Shown here: positions 1 through 12,545 of the stretch, piece after piece
Layout: each line of letters opens with the position of its first letter
Position numbering within the stretch: position 1 is the first letter of the stretch
NCBI RefSeq assembly: GCF_000281045.1
Contig: NW_008246071.1
Span: forward strand, 128,350 to 192,349
Direction: 5' to 3'
Source of the DNA: Saprolegnia diclina VS20
Lineage: Eukaryota
Length of the DNA stretch: 64,000 nt
Position numbers and translations under genes: made by a program
Notes under the pieces: model-generated
What the model was told of the DNA's origin: nothing
Seen by the model: only the letters and a program-made list of their open reading frames with translations
Database searches by the model: none

Positions 1-904
1 CGCGGCGACAGCGCACAAGTTTCGCCAGGAAAAAATCGTCCGTCCGCCGACCCCCATCTACGCGACGCAGGACGACGACGACGAGCTGCACGACGCGGTG
101 CGGCTCCTCCAAAAGCTCCTCCGCGGCCGCGCCGTTCAAAACACCATGTACGAAGGCAAGGACCGCCGGGCAGAGCTCATCGCGGAGCTGCGGTCGACTG
201 AAGATGCTCATGGCGGCGACGAGCTCGAGGCAAACGAAGCTGACAGCCACCTCGTGCGCCTCACCAAAGCCGCGACCGACAAGACCCAAGGCGAAGTCGT
301 CTCGGAGCTTCTCGATTTCCTCTCCAAGGAGCTCGTGCGCGTCAAGGAGCAAGCAACGCTCAACGAATTCGTGCGCGAGGCCGAGGAGGAGCGGCGGAAG
401 CGCGAGGTCATCGAGGGCGGCAAGCGCCACGCCGAAGACCACCTCCGCGCCCGCGAAGACGCCGTCTATCGAGCGATTACGCGCGTGCACGAAGAGACGG
501 CCGACAACTTCATCCTCGACATTCTCGAGTCCGTGGTCGCCGATGGTTTGATCATACGTGCGTCTCTGGCGCGGGCTCACGGAAAATGACTAGATGCAAA
601 TGACACGGCGACGCACGAGTCGAGCGTCGCCTCGGGTGCACTCGCCTCCATCGTGAGCACGCTCGAGGCCGCGCAGAACGCAGACGCGGTCGTCGTCCGG
701 GACCTCCTTGCGTCGTTTTTGTTTCCTGAGGTCCAGCGGCAGCGCGTCCAGGAGCAGGTGCTGCAGGAAGAGCAAAAGTACGCGACCGCAGTCCACGAAG
801 CACTCCACGCTGCGCAAGCCAGTATGGTCGAGATCGCCAACGAGCAGCGAACGCAGCAGCAACAACAAACAAGCGCCATCGAAGGCGATGGGCGCACCTT
901 GTAG
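1..904 (+). CDS. CFAP91: Cilia- and flagella-associated protein 91 (MAATS1/AAT-1), 3' part; the 5' end lies outside the window
   Basis: VRLLQKLLRGRAVQNTMYEGKDRRAELIAELR and ELLDFLSKELVRVKEQ match the CFAP91 C-terminal region. GT-AG intron 546-593 joins in frame to ORF 653-904. Confidence 0.8.
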
Positions 905-907
905 GTA

Positions 908-2476
908 TTACTCTAATGCAAAGTGCGTCTTTGCGAACGCTGTCGTGGCCACCGTCGACCGATGCACCGCGTCCGCGAGGCCGACACCGTAAAAGCTGTT
1001 GCCGAGAAGCGTGAGACGGGGCACATTTACCGACAGGTCGGTCTCGATACGCCCAACGAGCGCATGGAACCCGACGGGGTACTGCGGAATCGCGTCTTGG
1101 TACCACGTACTCGCGATATACTCGGGCGACTCGGTGATGCCCAAGTGCGCTTCGACCGACGTGCGCGCGACGTCCTCCATCTCGGCCAAGCTCAGTGTGG
1201 CCATGAGCTCCTTGTGGTTCTCGCCGCCGACAAAGACGCTGAGGCGCGTGAGATGCTCGTCGTCTTGCTGTTGCGGAAACGAGCACGAGTCGTAGATGAC
1301 GCCGATGATGTTCTGCTTCTCGCAGCTCGGCACGAGATGGCCAAACCCGCGGTGCGGCAGCACGTTGGCGCGGTACCCGAGCGTAACGATCGCCACCGAT
1401 GCGAACGGGATCTCGCCCATTGCGCGCGCCGCCGTCGGTGCAGACGCCGCAAGCGCCGGCATCAAATGGCGCGCCGGAATCGCCGAGAAGACGTGGTCGG
1501 CGAGAATCTCAGACGACGTGCCGTCCTTGGTTGCTAACGCCACGCGGACCTTCTCTGGCGACGCAGTGTCGATGCTCTGGAGCGACGTGTTGAGCTGCAC
1601 GCGCGTGTTTGGCATGCTCTACAGGTATACATTGGCATCAGTAGGACGGTAGCAGCGTGATCGTACAGCAATGTGCGTCGAGAGCGCGTCGATGAGCGTT
1701 TGCATGCCGTTGCGGAAGCTGAGACTCATGGCCTTGCCCTTGGCTTGGACAAACGGCGTCTTGAGGCTGCCGTCGGCCATCGTGAGCGCTGGCGGCGTCG
1801 AGTGGAAGAGCATCGAGCGCACGACGGAGCCGTGCATCTGCTCTTTTTCGTAGAGCAGGCCAAAGCACGACCGCACCGAGAGGTGTTTGATGTTTCCTGC
1901 GAAAATACCAGAGGCCATTGGGTCTAAAAGCGCTTCGGCAATCCGCGGCGAGAAGCGACGCGCAACAAAGTCGTAGATCGACTCGTCGCTGGCCTGTGGT
2001 CGAGACGATGGATAGGTATGGAGGAGGCGAGGACGTACATTCGATTTGGGGGTTGTGACTTCGTTCAGCACGGCCTTGATGATGTCGGGTGCGAGCGACC
2101 ACTGAAGAAACTCGAGCGGTGTCCCAGGCACTTGCTACATGGCCGTGAGGATGGGATGAGGACAACACAATGCACATACCTCGACGCGGCCATTCGTAAA
2201 GACAAAGCGGTTGTGGCCCATGGATTCGATGCACTCGTCTTGAAGCGAGAGCTGCTCAACGAGGCTAACGATCTCGGCGCCGTTCTTGGACGGGCGGAAG
2301 CCACGCGGCCCGACCTCGAAGAGGTACTTGTCGTCGCGGGTCGTGCCCACGAGCCCGCCGAGGCGGTTCGCCGCTTCAACGAGGTGGATCTGGACGGCCG
2401 ACGGCAGCAGTTTGCGCAGCGTGTGGACAGCGCTGAGGCCGGCGATCCCGCCACCGACGACGACGACGTTCTTCAT
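908..2476 (-). CDS. PPOX: Protoporphyrinogen oxidase (HemY-type), 3 exons
   Basis: FAD-binding VVVVGGGIAGLSA, FEVGPRGF, DPMASGIFAG, AIPQYPVG and LLGNSFYGVGLAD. Two short introns near 2135-2178 and 1618-1665. Confidence 0.93.
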
Positions 2477-2554
2477 GATCGGCGTATTTTTTATGCTGTT
2501 GTTGTGTTTTTTATGCAAAGTGTATTAAACACAGGAAAGCAACAGGTGTCGCGT

Positions 2555-2572
2555 ATCCGGATATATCCGGAT
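2555..2572. promoter_or_regulatory. Perfect 18-bp palindrome ATCCGGATATATCCGGAT in the PPOX/RWDD1 bidirectional promoter
   Basis: Seen directly in the 138-bp divergent intergenic region. The same core recurs upstream of many genes in the window. Confidence 0.55.
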
Positions 2573-2614
2573 GCAGGGAGGCAGCCACAATTTCATTGGG
2601 TGCAAGAGCGAAAG

Positions 2615-3688
2615 ATGGCAGGTCCGTCCGCGCGGCCGCGCCGCAGTGGCTCATGGTTGCGTAGACTATGCCGAGGAGCAGATGATGGAGGTCGAGGCCC
2701 TCGAGTCGATCTATATGGATGACTTTGCTAGTACGTTGCATGGGCGAGACCGCGGCCATTGACGACGCATGTCCTAGAGATCCACGACTCGCCATTGACC
2801 GTCACGGTGCACGTCGTGCCCAACCAAGACGGCGAAAACAACCACGGTAGCCGCTGTCGCTTGCTTTCTATTTAGCTCATGCGCGATATGTTAGTGGCGC
2901 TGAGCCTGAAGTGCACGCTCCCAGAGACGTATCCCGAAGCCTCGCCCAAGGTCGGCGGTCGCGAGCTGAGCGAGTGGGCATCTCACGCTCTGTGTAGATT
3001 GACATTCTTCTCGAGAAGGGCCTCAGCGATCGCCAAGAAAAGGAGATCCGGGTTCTCTTGGAGGCACAGGTGAACCTCCATAGATTCCTCGTCGCAATAC
3101 TCACGTTTTCGTATTCAGATTGAGGAAAACTTGGGCATGGCCATGATCTACACCATCACCGAAGCTGTTCGAGAGTACTTGGTCGAAAACAACCGCGAAG
3201 GCAACGTACGTAGCGCGTCATCGCCGAGGCTACCTGCCTGAATCCGTCTGCAGGACGGCTCCGAGTACCAAGAGATGCTGCGTCGCATGGAAAGCAAGCA
3301 AAAGAAGGAAGACACGGCGGCCGCCGCAGCCCAAGCCATTCTTGTACACACATGACCTCCGATAGCATCCGCTCATGGGACACTCGCTTAGGACGAAGAG
3401 AATGCGCACACGACGGCCAAGTCGAACGAAGGCACACCGGTGACGGTCGAGTCCTTCAACGCGTGGAAGGCCAAGTTTGACGCGGAAATGATGATCAAGG
3501 TCACGGGCAAGGTCGGTGTGTCGACCGAGAAGCGGCTCACGGGCCGTCAGCTCTGGGCGAGTGGTGCTGCCAAGGAAGACACAACGACCGACGCCGATGG
3601 CGTGGACGATGGCGAGGATGACGACGATGACGATGACGATGAGAACGACGAGGAGTATGTAGACGATGGCGACGACGACGCCAATTAA
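2615..3688 (+). CDS. RWDD1: RWD domain-containing protein 1 (Gir2/DFRP2-like), multi-exon
   Basis: Spliced N-terminus MADYAEEQMMEVEALESIY (intron 2622-2664), LPETYPE, EENLGMAMIYTI, GTPVTVESFNAWKAKFDAEM, RLTGRQLW and an acidic tail. Confidence 0.88.
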
Positions 3689-4020
3689 TAAGACGTCGAT
3701 GCGACCCTGCGGTCCGATAGTTAGTTTAACGCTTCGTCCAGTTGGGTGTCGAAGTGGATCTTTACTGCGCATTCGTTTAGTTAGTCGTAGCTTGTAGTTT
3801 GCTGCACGTGCGACGCGGCGATGCGCAGTAAGAATTTGCGCACGAATTAGCGAATTGCTGGCGCGCGAATCGGACGCCAACGGGCCAATCTCTGTGTCAA
3901 CTCGGTCCTGGATTGCGCTTCCGGTATTAAATTGCATACAATGTTCAAGTAAAAACTTGCATTCTCACGTAAGGTGCGTTTTTTATTCAATCAAGTTTCT
4001 TTTGTTGAGCTGCCCGACGC

Positions 4021-6020
4021 ATGGCGGACGGGGTCGAGATCGTGGACCCGCCGGCCGCGCCCGAGAGCGGGGCGACGTGCCCCATCTGCATGGACACGCT
4101 CGGAGCGCCCATCAACATACGCGTGACGAAGCGCCGCAAGAAGGTCCCGGTCGCGGACGAGGACTGCTGGCGACTCCGCTGCAGCCACCAGTACTGTATT
4201 GGCTGCCTCTCGGGCTGGATCGAGAGCAAGGTCAAGGACCGCGCGGCTCCCATCACGTGCTGCAACACGGACTGCAAGCGAGAGATCCGCCCGAGTCACG
4301 TCGCGGCCGTCATCTCGCCCGAGCTCTTTGAGCAGTTTAGCCAGCTCGTGACGGTCAAGGCCACGGAAGACGAGAGCATCTACTGTCCCAATAAAGAGTG
4401 TAGCCAGATGTTCCTCAAGCCGGCGATCCGAGCGGGGCAGGAGCAGACGTCGTGCCCGATCTGCAAGACCAAGATTTGCATCCGGTGTCAAGTGGGCTGG
4501 CACGACGGGCTCACGTGCGACGCGTACAAGCGCATGGTGGACGCCGGCGGCGACCAAGAGCAAGCCCAGCTCATGGCGCTCAAAGAAAAGATGAGCTGGA
4601 AGCAGTGTCCCAAGTGCAGCATGCTCGTCGAGCGCTCGATGGGCTGCAACTTTATGCGTTGCAAATGGTACCTGCGCGTCTCCTCATCGTTGACCTCACT
4701 TGTCTCCTCTTGATTAGCGGCGAACACTTTTGCTATGCGTGCGGGGTACCCTATGCGAACCGGATCCCGACCCGGGAGAACCCCCACGGAAAGGTCCGTC
4801 CTTGCTCTCGCCTTTGATCCGTGTTCACGGTCATAACGATCGCATCGTGCGTAGTCTGGCTGCAGCTGCGGGTTGTTTCCGCCGGCCGCGCCGGCCGCAC
4901 CGGCCGCACCGATCGACCGCGCTGCCGTCGCCCGCGAGCGCGAGCGAATGGCGCAACGTCTCTTGGAGGTCGAACAAATGCTTCGCGCCCGTGTTGCCGC
5001 CGAGGCCGCCGAACGCGCTGCCGCAGCGGAACGGCAGGTCGTGCGAAGCGTGATCGAGCGCGACGCGCGCGTTCAGCGTCAAGTGGCGCAGCTGCCGCGG
5101 CACGACCTCGCCCACGTCGCGCGCGTGGCACAAGCCCACGGCATTCCCAACGACTGGCGCCACAACTTGCCCGAGGTGCCGCACGCCTTTCCGAACGCCG
5201 CGCCGGTGCCCGTTATGCCAAATACGAAAGCCAAAGGCAAGGCGCCGCTCCTGAGTCGTCGCCATGACGTGCTCGCGCCTGCGCCCATGGCGCTTCGCTC
5301 CCACGCAGCTTCGGCGCCCGCGACAAAAAAGAAGAGTATGTCCAAAGCACACAAGAGAATCAAGCTGCCGCCTGTTGTCGGTCATCTCGACGCTCCGCGT
5401 CCCGACCTTGGAGCGGCCGGTCCTGCGATAGGTACGCCGCTTGCATGGTCTGTGCAGGATGCCTTCACGAGCTTGTAGATTACTCGTCGCCATTGTATGC
5501 GCGACCAAAGCTCCGGGGGTCAGCACCAGCGGCAGTCCCGCCCAGAGTCCATTTTGCGGCTCCGCAGCCACGAGCTGCCCGAATTACCCACCAGCCATCG
5601 TCTGCAGTGCCGTCAGCCAGGCGCGCTGTTTGGGATGGAGAACGCATAGCCCAGCTTGCGCCTGGTGCAGCTGCGCAGCATTATGCCCCGCCTTCTGTGC
5701 CCCTGTTTGTGGCCGCGGCAGCCCCCGAGCCCCGTGCTGTCCGATTTGCCCGCCAGCCACCGCCTGCGATGGTGGCAACAGCCCGGCGCTCTCATGGCAT
5801 GCCAGCGCATCTCCTACAAGGCCAACCCATGCCTGTTGCGGCGCCGCAGCCAGAGCGGAAGCGACCTGCACTGCAAGCACCGAACTACGCGCCTCCCATG
5901 ACCGCCCCTGCCAATGGCAAGGCGCCCAAGTCGCGGCGAGCAGGCAAGCGGACGATTTTGGACGTGAGCATGGACTCGCCGACACCGCCCCGCGCCAAGA
6001 CAAAGAGACCCGATACGTAG
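4021..6020 (+). CDS. RBR-type (RING1-IBR-RING2) E3 ubiquitin ligase with long Pro/Ala-rich C-terminus
   Basis: RING1 CPIC...CSHQYCIGC, IBR YCPNKECS...CPICKTKICIRCQVGWH and RING2 WKQCPKC...GCNFMRC-CGEHFCYACG. Introns ~4668-4717, ~4794-4854 and ~5432-5478 link ORFs 4873-5478 and 5445-6020. Confidence 0.85.
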
Positions 6021-6102
6021 TTGCAGTCGATGACGTGGCACGTCGCTGTGTGTTTGTGCAAGATATTTCGAATTCGAAACGTTCGACCAAATCTTTTTTT
6101 CG

Positions 6103-8422
6103 ATGGACGAGACGGCGCCGCTCTTGCCGCAACGTGTCGACAGCGACGAGGACGTCCTCTTCTCGGCGGCGTGGCTCGTTGAGGATGCGCTCTTGGGCTA
6201 CACGCGACCGCGACCGCTCAAGACGCATCTCGCGTACCAGCTCTACGAACTGCACGCGCAATGGGCCTTTCTTAGTGACGCAGTCATCTACGTTCTGATT
6301 GCACTCGCCTTTGTCGAGGTCCCGCATTGGTGCGACCATGACCCAAGATCGCTCTATCCCTGCGGCGACCCGAGCAGCCCCGAGACGCCCATGACGTTCA
6401 ACGCCGGGTTCCTCACGCTCGCGCAGTCGCGCACCGTGGCGCTCACGTGCCTCCTCTTCTTGCTCGCCGATGTGCTCTTTGCGTACCTCTACCTCGGCGG
6501 CGCCTTCCTCGGCCGCCACGAGCGGTAACGCGATCGTTACATCTACGAGGCTATACGCTCTGCGTTGTAGGAAGGTGCAGTTAGCGCTCGTCGTTGTCTC
6601 GCTCGTCGACGTCGTAAGCGCGCTGGCGTTGCCCGCGTACGCGCCTCTCGCCTCGCTGCGCCTGCACGAGTACGCGCGCATTGTCATGTTTGTGTTTACG
6701 CAGCATGCGCTCCGGCGTGCGCTGCGCAAGATCCTCCTGGTCGTGGCCGAAGTGCGCAACATTTTGAGCCTCGTGCTCGTCTTCATCCTCTTCTTCGCGT
6801 GGATGGCGGTCGTGCTCTTCCAAGGCACGCCGGAAGGCGTCGCGCAGATGCCCAATATCTACGAAGCGTGCTGGCACTTTATGATTCTGCTCACGACTGC
6901 GAATTTTCCCGATATTATGATGCCGGCGTACAATACGAACCGCAGCGTCGTGCTCTTCTTCGTCTTCTTCCTCTGCTTTGGGCTCTTCTTCCTCCTCAAC
7001 GTCGTGCTCGCCGTCGTCTTCAACAACTTTGCGCGCTTCTCGGACGCCGAGCTCGCGCTCTCGGAGCGCATTCGCACTCAAAAGCTCACGGAGGCGTTCG
7101 AGTGCCTTGGCGCGCTCAGTGGCGGCGTCAAACCGCATGGAGCCACCGTGCCTATGGATGTGTGTCTCCGGCTCTTCCAAGGCCTGCACCGGTTTCGCAC
7201 CATCTCGCACCTCGAACGCGACGAAATGGCCGCGCTCTTTGATGCACTGGACGCCAACGGCGACCACGTCTTGGATATCGACGAGTTTGTACACGTGTGC
7301 GAAGCCGTCGAGCGCGTCTTGATCAAGGAGCCGCACCCGCAGTCCGAGGTCGAGGCCTACTGCCCGCGCCTCTTTGCCTCGCGGACGTTCCAGTCGTTGA
7401 GCGCCGCCGTGCGCCACCCGACGCTCGAGGTGGTCATTGACGTCGTCTTGGTCGCGAATGCCATTGTCGTGTTTGTCGAGTCGTTCTCGATCCTCAACGA
7501 CGCCGAGACCGAGATCGACACGAGCGTCTGGACGATCTGGGACGCGCTCGAACTTGGCTTTACGTGCATTTACCTCGTCGAAATGCTGGCCAAGATGCTC
7601 GTCTACGGCCTGCGCGGCTACTGGACCTCGATCAAGAACCGGTTCGATTGCGTCATCACGCTCGCGGTCGTCGCCGCCGACGCGTACGCGTACCTTCCGG
7701 GCACGTCGCTCCAGGTCGTCAAGATCCTCCTCATTGCGCGCTGCTTGCGGCTCTTTCGCCTCATCATCAACATCAAAGGGTAGTGTTCCTGCATCGGCAA
7801 AGGGTGAGTCGAATCATGGTTTAGGTACCGGGTCATTTGCACCACGTGGCTGCGACTGCTGCACTTTGGCCAGCACTTGCTCCTCCTCACGTTCTGTGCC
7901 ATGTATGTCTACGCGCTCTTGGGCAACCAGCTCTTTGGCGGGCGCATCTCGCCCGGCCGCATGCGGCGTGAGTTCCCCGAGTCCGCGTACACGCAGGCCG
8001 ACTACATGGCCAACAACTTTAACGACATGCCGAGCGCGATCGTCCTTCTCTTCGAGCTCCTCCTCGTCAACAACTGGTTCGTCCTCGCGGATGGCCACGC
8101 CGCCGTCTCGTCCAAGTACGCGCGCTGGTACTTCATTGCGTACTACGTCACGGGCGTCACGCTCCTTCTCAACCTCGTCGTTGCGTCCATCCTGGTATGA
8201 CGACGCAGGACCTCGTGACATGGCAGGCGTCACCGTTGCGCGTCGTAGGATTCCTTTATGGACGAGTACAAGAACGAGCATGGCGCGGACGCGATTGTGG
8301 CCGGCGCACGCTTGATTCAGCCGTCCGCTCCACCTCCTGCGACGAAGGCTCCGCGCGACACGAACGAAGAAGGAGAATCTGGATGCCACCGGCGTACCGT
8401 AGAGAGATTCGTAGAGCGCTAG
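6103..8422 (+). CDS. Two-pore channel (TPC) paralog A with EF-hand linker; the 3' end is approximate
   Basis: Two 6-TM repeats, filter I LLTTANFPD, EF-hand LDANGDHVLDIDEF, S4 ARCLRLFRL and filter II LLVNNW. Introns near 6525, 7780 and 8195. Confidence 0.88.
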
Positions 8423-8838
8423 GGGCCTGGAAGCCGACAACAGAGATCGTAGTCTTCCTGCTCTCAGTGCTGCTATACATGAGAAGCGTCAACAAGTAGT
8501 GTCCGTCCGTGGGCGTGGGTGGTTTCTTCGTCGGCATGCCACTCTGAGGTAGCCCTGTGGGTCAGCACTCTGAGTTCTTATCGTGACCTTGTATGCAAGC
8601 GCTATGGCTCAGGCTCAGAGACACGGCGCAGGACGACAGGCCATCGTCTCGGACCAGCGCGAGGAGCATCTTTGCCGGCGGCAACTGCGCTGGCCACTGC
8701 TGCTTGTCGCTTTCGGCGAGCGTCGCAGGCGCGGTGTGGACCCAGGTGCGTCGGATAACTTTTTTCGCGTATCCGGCCGAATCGGATACACCGGTAAGCA
8801 GAGTGGCATAGCGCAATACGAGTCCTATAGATAGGCGC

Positions 8839-11235
8839 ATGCAGCTGCCCGAGGCGACCGAGTCGGCGCCGCTCGTCGCGCGCGACAAGGACGACGAGCT
8901 CCTCACGACTGCCTGCTGGTTCATTGAAGACGCCTTCAGCGGCATCTCGCGCCCGCATCCGGTGCGCACGCCGTTCGCGCGCTACATGCACACGCTGCAC
9001 GCTGAACTGCACTACCTCCGCGGCGCGGCGATCGTCGTGCTTCTGAGTCTCTCGTTCATCGAGACGCCGCGCTGGTGCCACGGGCCTCCGCCGTACCCGT
9101 GCGGCGACCCGTCCGACCCGTTTACGCCCATGACGTTTGAGATCGCGCTCCTCACCCACGCCGAGAGCCACTGCATTGAGCTCCTCTGCCTCGCGTTCTT
9201 CCTCCTCAACTCGGGCATTCGGTACTTGTACCTCCAAGAAAACTTTACGAACCGCAAGGACAGGTACGACGACTCACATCTCTATCGTATCGATCGAGGC
9301 GACATGGCGTAGCGTCGCGGTCTTGGTGCTCGTGCTGCTGGCGATGACGACGCTCGCCCTGAGCGCGACGTTTCCGCACCAAGTGCTAACACCGTATGCG
9401 CAAGTGTACCTGCGCGTCATGATCTTTGCCGTCAAGAACCGCAACATTCGGCGAACTGCGCGCAAGATCGCCCAAGTGCTCGGCGAGGTGCACAACATCA
9501 TTAGCCTCGTCATCGTGTTTGTCGTCTTCTTTGCATGGGTGGCCACCATGCTCTTCGACAACACGGAAGAAGGTATTTCTTATATTGCATCGTCGATGCG
9601 AGTCTGGATACGATGGCGTAGGCGACGCGCAGATGCCCAACATCTACGAAGCGTGCTGGAACATGCTCATTCTGCTCACGACCGCGAACTTTCCCGATAT
9701 TATGATGCCGGCGTACAACAAGCACCGCGTCGTCGTGGTCTTCTTCGCGTTCTTCCTCTGCTTTGGGCTCTTCTTCCTCATGAACGTCGTGCTCGCCGTC
9801 ATTTACAACAACTTCTCCGTCAACCTCGAAGCATTCAAAAAGAAGCGCGACCACACGCGCGAGCAAAAGCTCCAGATCGCGTTCCGGATTCTCTGCAATG
9901 TCTCGTCCAAAATGACGCGCCGCCCGTCGCTCTTTCGATCGTACTCGACCAAGGAGCTCTGGGACCACCGACACGACGAGTGGTACCTTGGCCCGCCCTC
10001 CCCCAAGCTCGCCGTGCCGCTCGACGTCTGCCTCCGCCTCTTCCACAAGATGAACCACTACAAGAACATTGGGTACATCAAGAAGAGCCGGATGCAGCTC
10101 GTCTTTGACGAGCTCGACACGGATGGCGACGAGAAGCTGCAGTGGCAAGAGTTTGCCAACATCTGCGGCGTCCTCCGCTCCGCGCTCTCCAAGAAGCGCC
10201 TCCCGCCCTCCGAGGTCCAGCGCTGGTTCCCCAACCTCTTTCACAGCGACGGCTTCCACTCGCTCTGCGCCTTTGTGCGGCATCCGCGCTTTGAACTCGC
10301 GATCGATATCGTCCTCGTTGTCAACGCGCTTCTCATAGTCTTCGAGTCGCTTCCCGTGCTCAACGGCGAGCCAATGCCGCTCGCGTCCGAGTTTACCGTC
10401 TGGGAGCGCATCGAGTCGATCTTCTCATTCGTGTACCTGCTCGAAATGCTTCTCAAGATCGTCGTTGACGGCCGCGCCGTCTACTGGAGCTCGATGAAGA
10501 ATCGGTTCGACTGCCTCATTACGGTCGCGGTCGTCGCCGTGGATATCTACGCGTACCTCCCATACGACCCCGCGTCCCGTGTCATGGTCAAGATCCTCCT
10601 TGTCGCGCGCTGCCTTCGGCTCTTTCGCCTCATCATCAACGTCGAGCGGTATGGTCCATTTCGTGCCATTCGTATGGTCCTATATGGATTCCTAGGTACC
10701 GTGTCTTTTGCATGACGTGGTTCCGCCTTCTGCCGTTCGGCAAGAACCTCCTCGTCATCATGTTTTGCGCCTTGTACTTGTTTGCGACGCTCGGCCAGCA
10801 GCTCTTTGGCGGCCTCATCTCGCCCGGCCGCATGGGCGTCGAGTGCCCCACGAGCATGTACACGCAGGACGGGTACATGGCCAACAACTTTAACGACATG
10901 GCGAGCGGCATGGTGCTCTTATTTGAGCTCCTCATCGTCAACAACTGGTTCGTCCTCGCAGATGGCTTTGTGTGCGTCACGTCCAAGTACGCGCGCTGGT
11001 ACTTTGTGAGCTTCCACCTCCTCGGCGTCACGATTCTCCTCAACCTCGTCGTCGCCTCGACACTCGTACGTGCGTTTGGTGCGATGTATCCTATCGACGC
11101 TTGTAGGATGCGTTTGTCGGCGAATACGAAGCCGAGCACCAAGACCAGACTGGAAAGCCATTCAAGTTTGGCTCGATGGACACGATGGATGCGAACGAGA
11201 CGAGCATCATCATCGAGCAGCAAGACGAGGGCTAA
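8839..11235 (+). CDS. Two-pore channel (TPC) paralog B with EF-hand linker
   Basis: Same architecture as paralog A (LLTTANFPD, LDTDGDEKLQWQEF, ARCLRLFRL, LIVNNW). The last exon follows intron 11066-11106 and ends at TAA 11233-11235. Confidence 0.88.
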
Positions 11236-11377
11236 GAGAAATCGCAATGGCTAGTTCTCTCGACCGACGACCCATGTAGGTGGGAAGAGCTTGGACGTAT
11301 CGGTGCAAGCAACGGACGTAAATACATGTATTTACATCAACGCACATCTGAGTGTGGGATGAGGTCACACAGTCCAC

Positions 11378-12545
11378 TTATGCACGCCAACCGTTGTCGT
11401 CGTCGCCGTTCCACGGGTCGTCGCTCGGGACATCACTGGGGAAATCACTCGGGTCGTCGGTGGGACCATCGCTCGGGTCGTCGGTGGGGCCATCGCTCGG
11501 GTCGTCCGGCTGCGGGCCGCCGCTCATCGACGGATACGACGGCGCTTCGGCAACGTTGCACATGCCGTTGCCGCCAGCGCCCTTCTTGAGGCGCATGTAC
11601 CCTTGCTCGCCCCAGCTGGTGCCCCACGAGTTGCGGATCGTGAAAAAGTTGCTGCCGTACCCCACAGCAATCACCGCGTGGTCCGACTGGCCACCAGGGC
11701 AGCTCTCCACGATGCCGCTCTTGTAGTTGCGCCACACATCGTTCGTGGCCTCAACGACGACCGTGACCGGTTGCTTGTCGAGCGCCGACTGCAAAGCGCT
11801 CTCACCTTGAATGTCGACGGGCCCACCGACGCTGAGTTTGTTCTTCTTGCAGCTCTGCTGGCACTGGCTGTCGCTGTCCGTGTACGGGTAGTCGGACGAC
11901 GAGCACACGCCGGTTTGCGCAATGCGCCTTGCTGGGGAAGCCACCCTTGCAGCCTTGGCCGGCGCTCGTCGCGCAGCTCACGAGCTGCTGCTCCGAGAGG
12001 TCGAGAAGCTTGCCCGTGACGATGCAGTGCGCCATCTCAGCGGCGCCGACGGCTGCAAACGACCAGCACGACCCGCAAGTACCTTGATTTTTGATCGCAG
12101 GCATACATTGGCTGGACGTCCAGTCTTTTCCTGTGGCCTCGCGCTGCGCAGGCGTGAGCTCGAGCTGGATGCTCTCGGCGCGGAGCTGGCGCTTGGTGTG
12201 CGGCTTGGTGAACGCGCCCTTGACGAACTTTTTGAACTCAGCGTCCGTCATGAGCGCAAACGGATTGTCAGTCGAGAAAACCGCAGACCCGTGGTGGTTC
12301 TTGTTGAGCTCCGCGACCACCTTCTTGGTGTGGGCAAAACGCTTGAGCTCGGCTTCGCGCTGGTCGTGGGCGCTTTCTTGGCGCGGCTTGGGAGGCAACA
12401 GGCCTTCGAGCTTTGCGGCCTTGCCAGCGTGGCTCTTCTTCCACGCATCAAGCTCCTTGAGGAGCTCAGTGCGTTCCTTGGTGGTCATTGCGAGGGCAGA
12501 CGCCGACGCGGCAAGAAGCGCCGTGGTGAAGAAGATGGATTTCAT
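11378..12545 (-). pseudogene. Secreted papain-family (C1A) cysteine protease with I29-like prodomain, interrupted by a frameshift near 11925 (pseudogene or assembly error)
   Basis: Signal peptide MKSIFFTTALLAASASALA, catalytic QGTCGSCWSF, SDHAVIAVGYG and IRNSWG. The frame changes between GGFPSKA and IAQTGVC with no room for an intron. Confidence 0.8.
11415..11507 (-). repeat. Coding tandem repeat (DDPSDGPT-like units) in the protease C-terminal tail
   Basis: Translation PDDPSDGPTDDPSDGPTDDPSDFPSDVPSDDP, with 24-nt units. Confidence 0.7.

Noticed and set aside
12180..12195. RQLR (RxLR-like) motif in the secreted protease
   Set aside because: It lies over 100 residues after the signal peptide, at the prodomain-mature junction, with no dEER. 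More likely a processing region.
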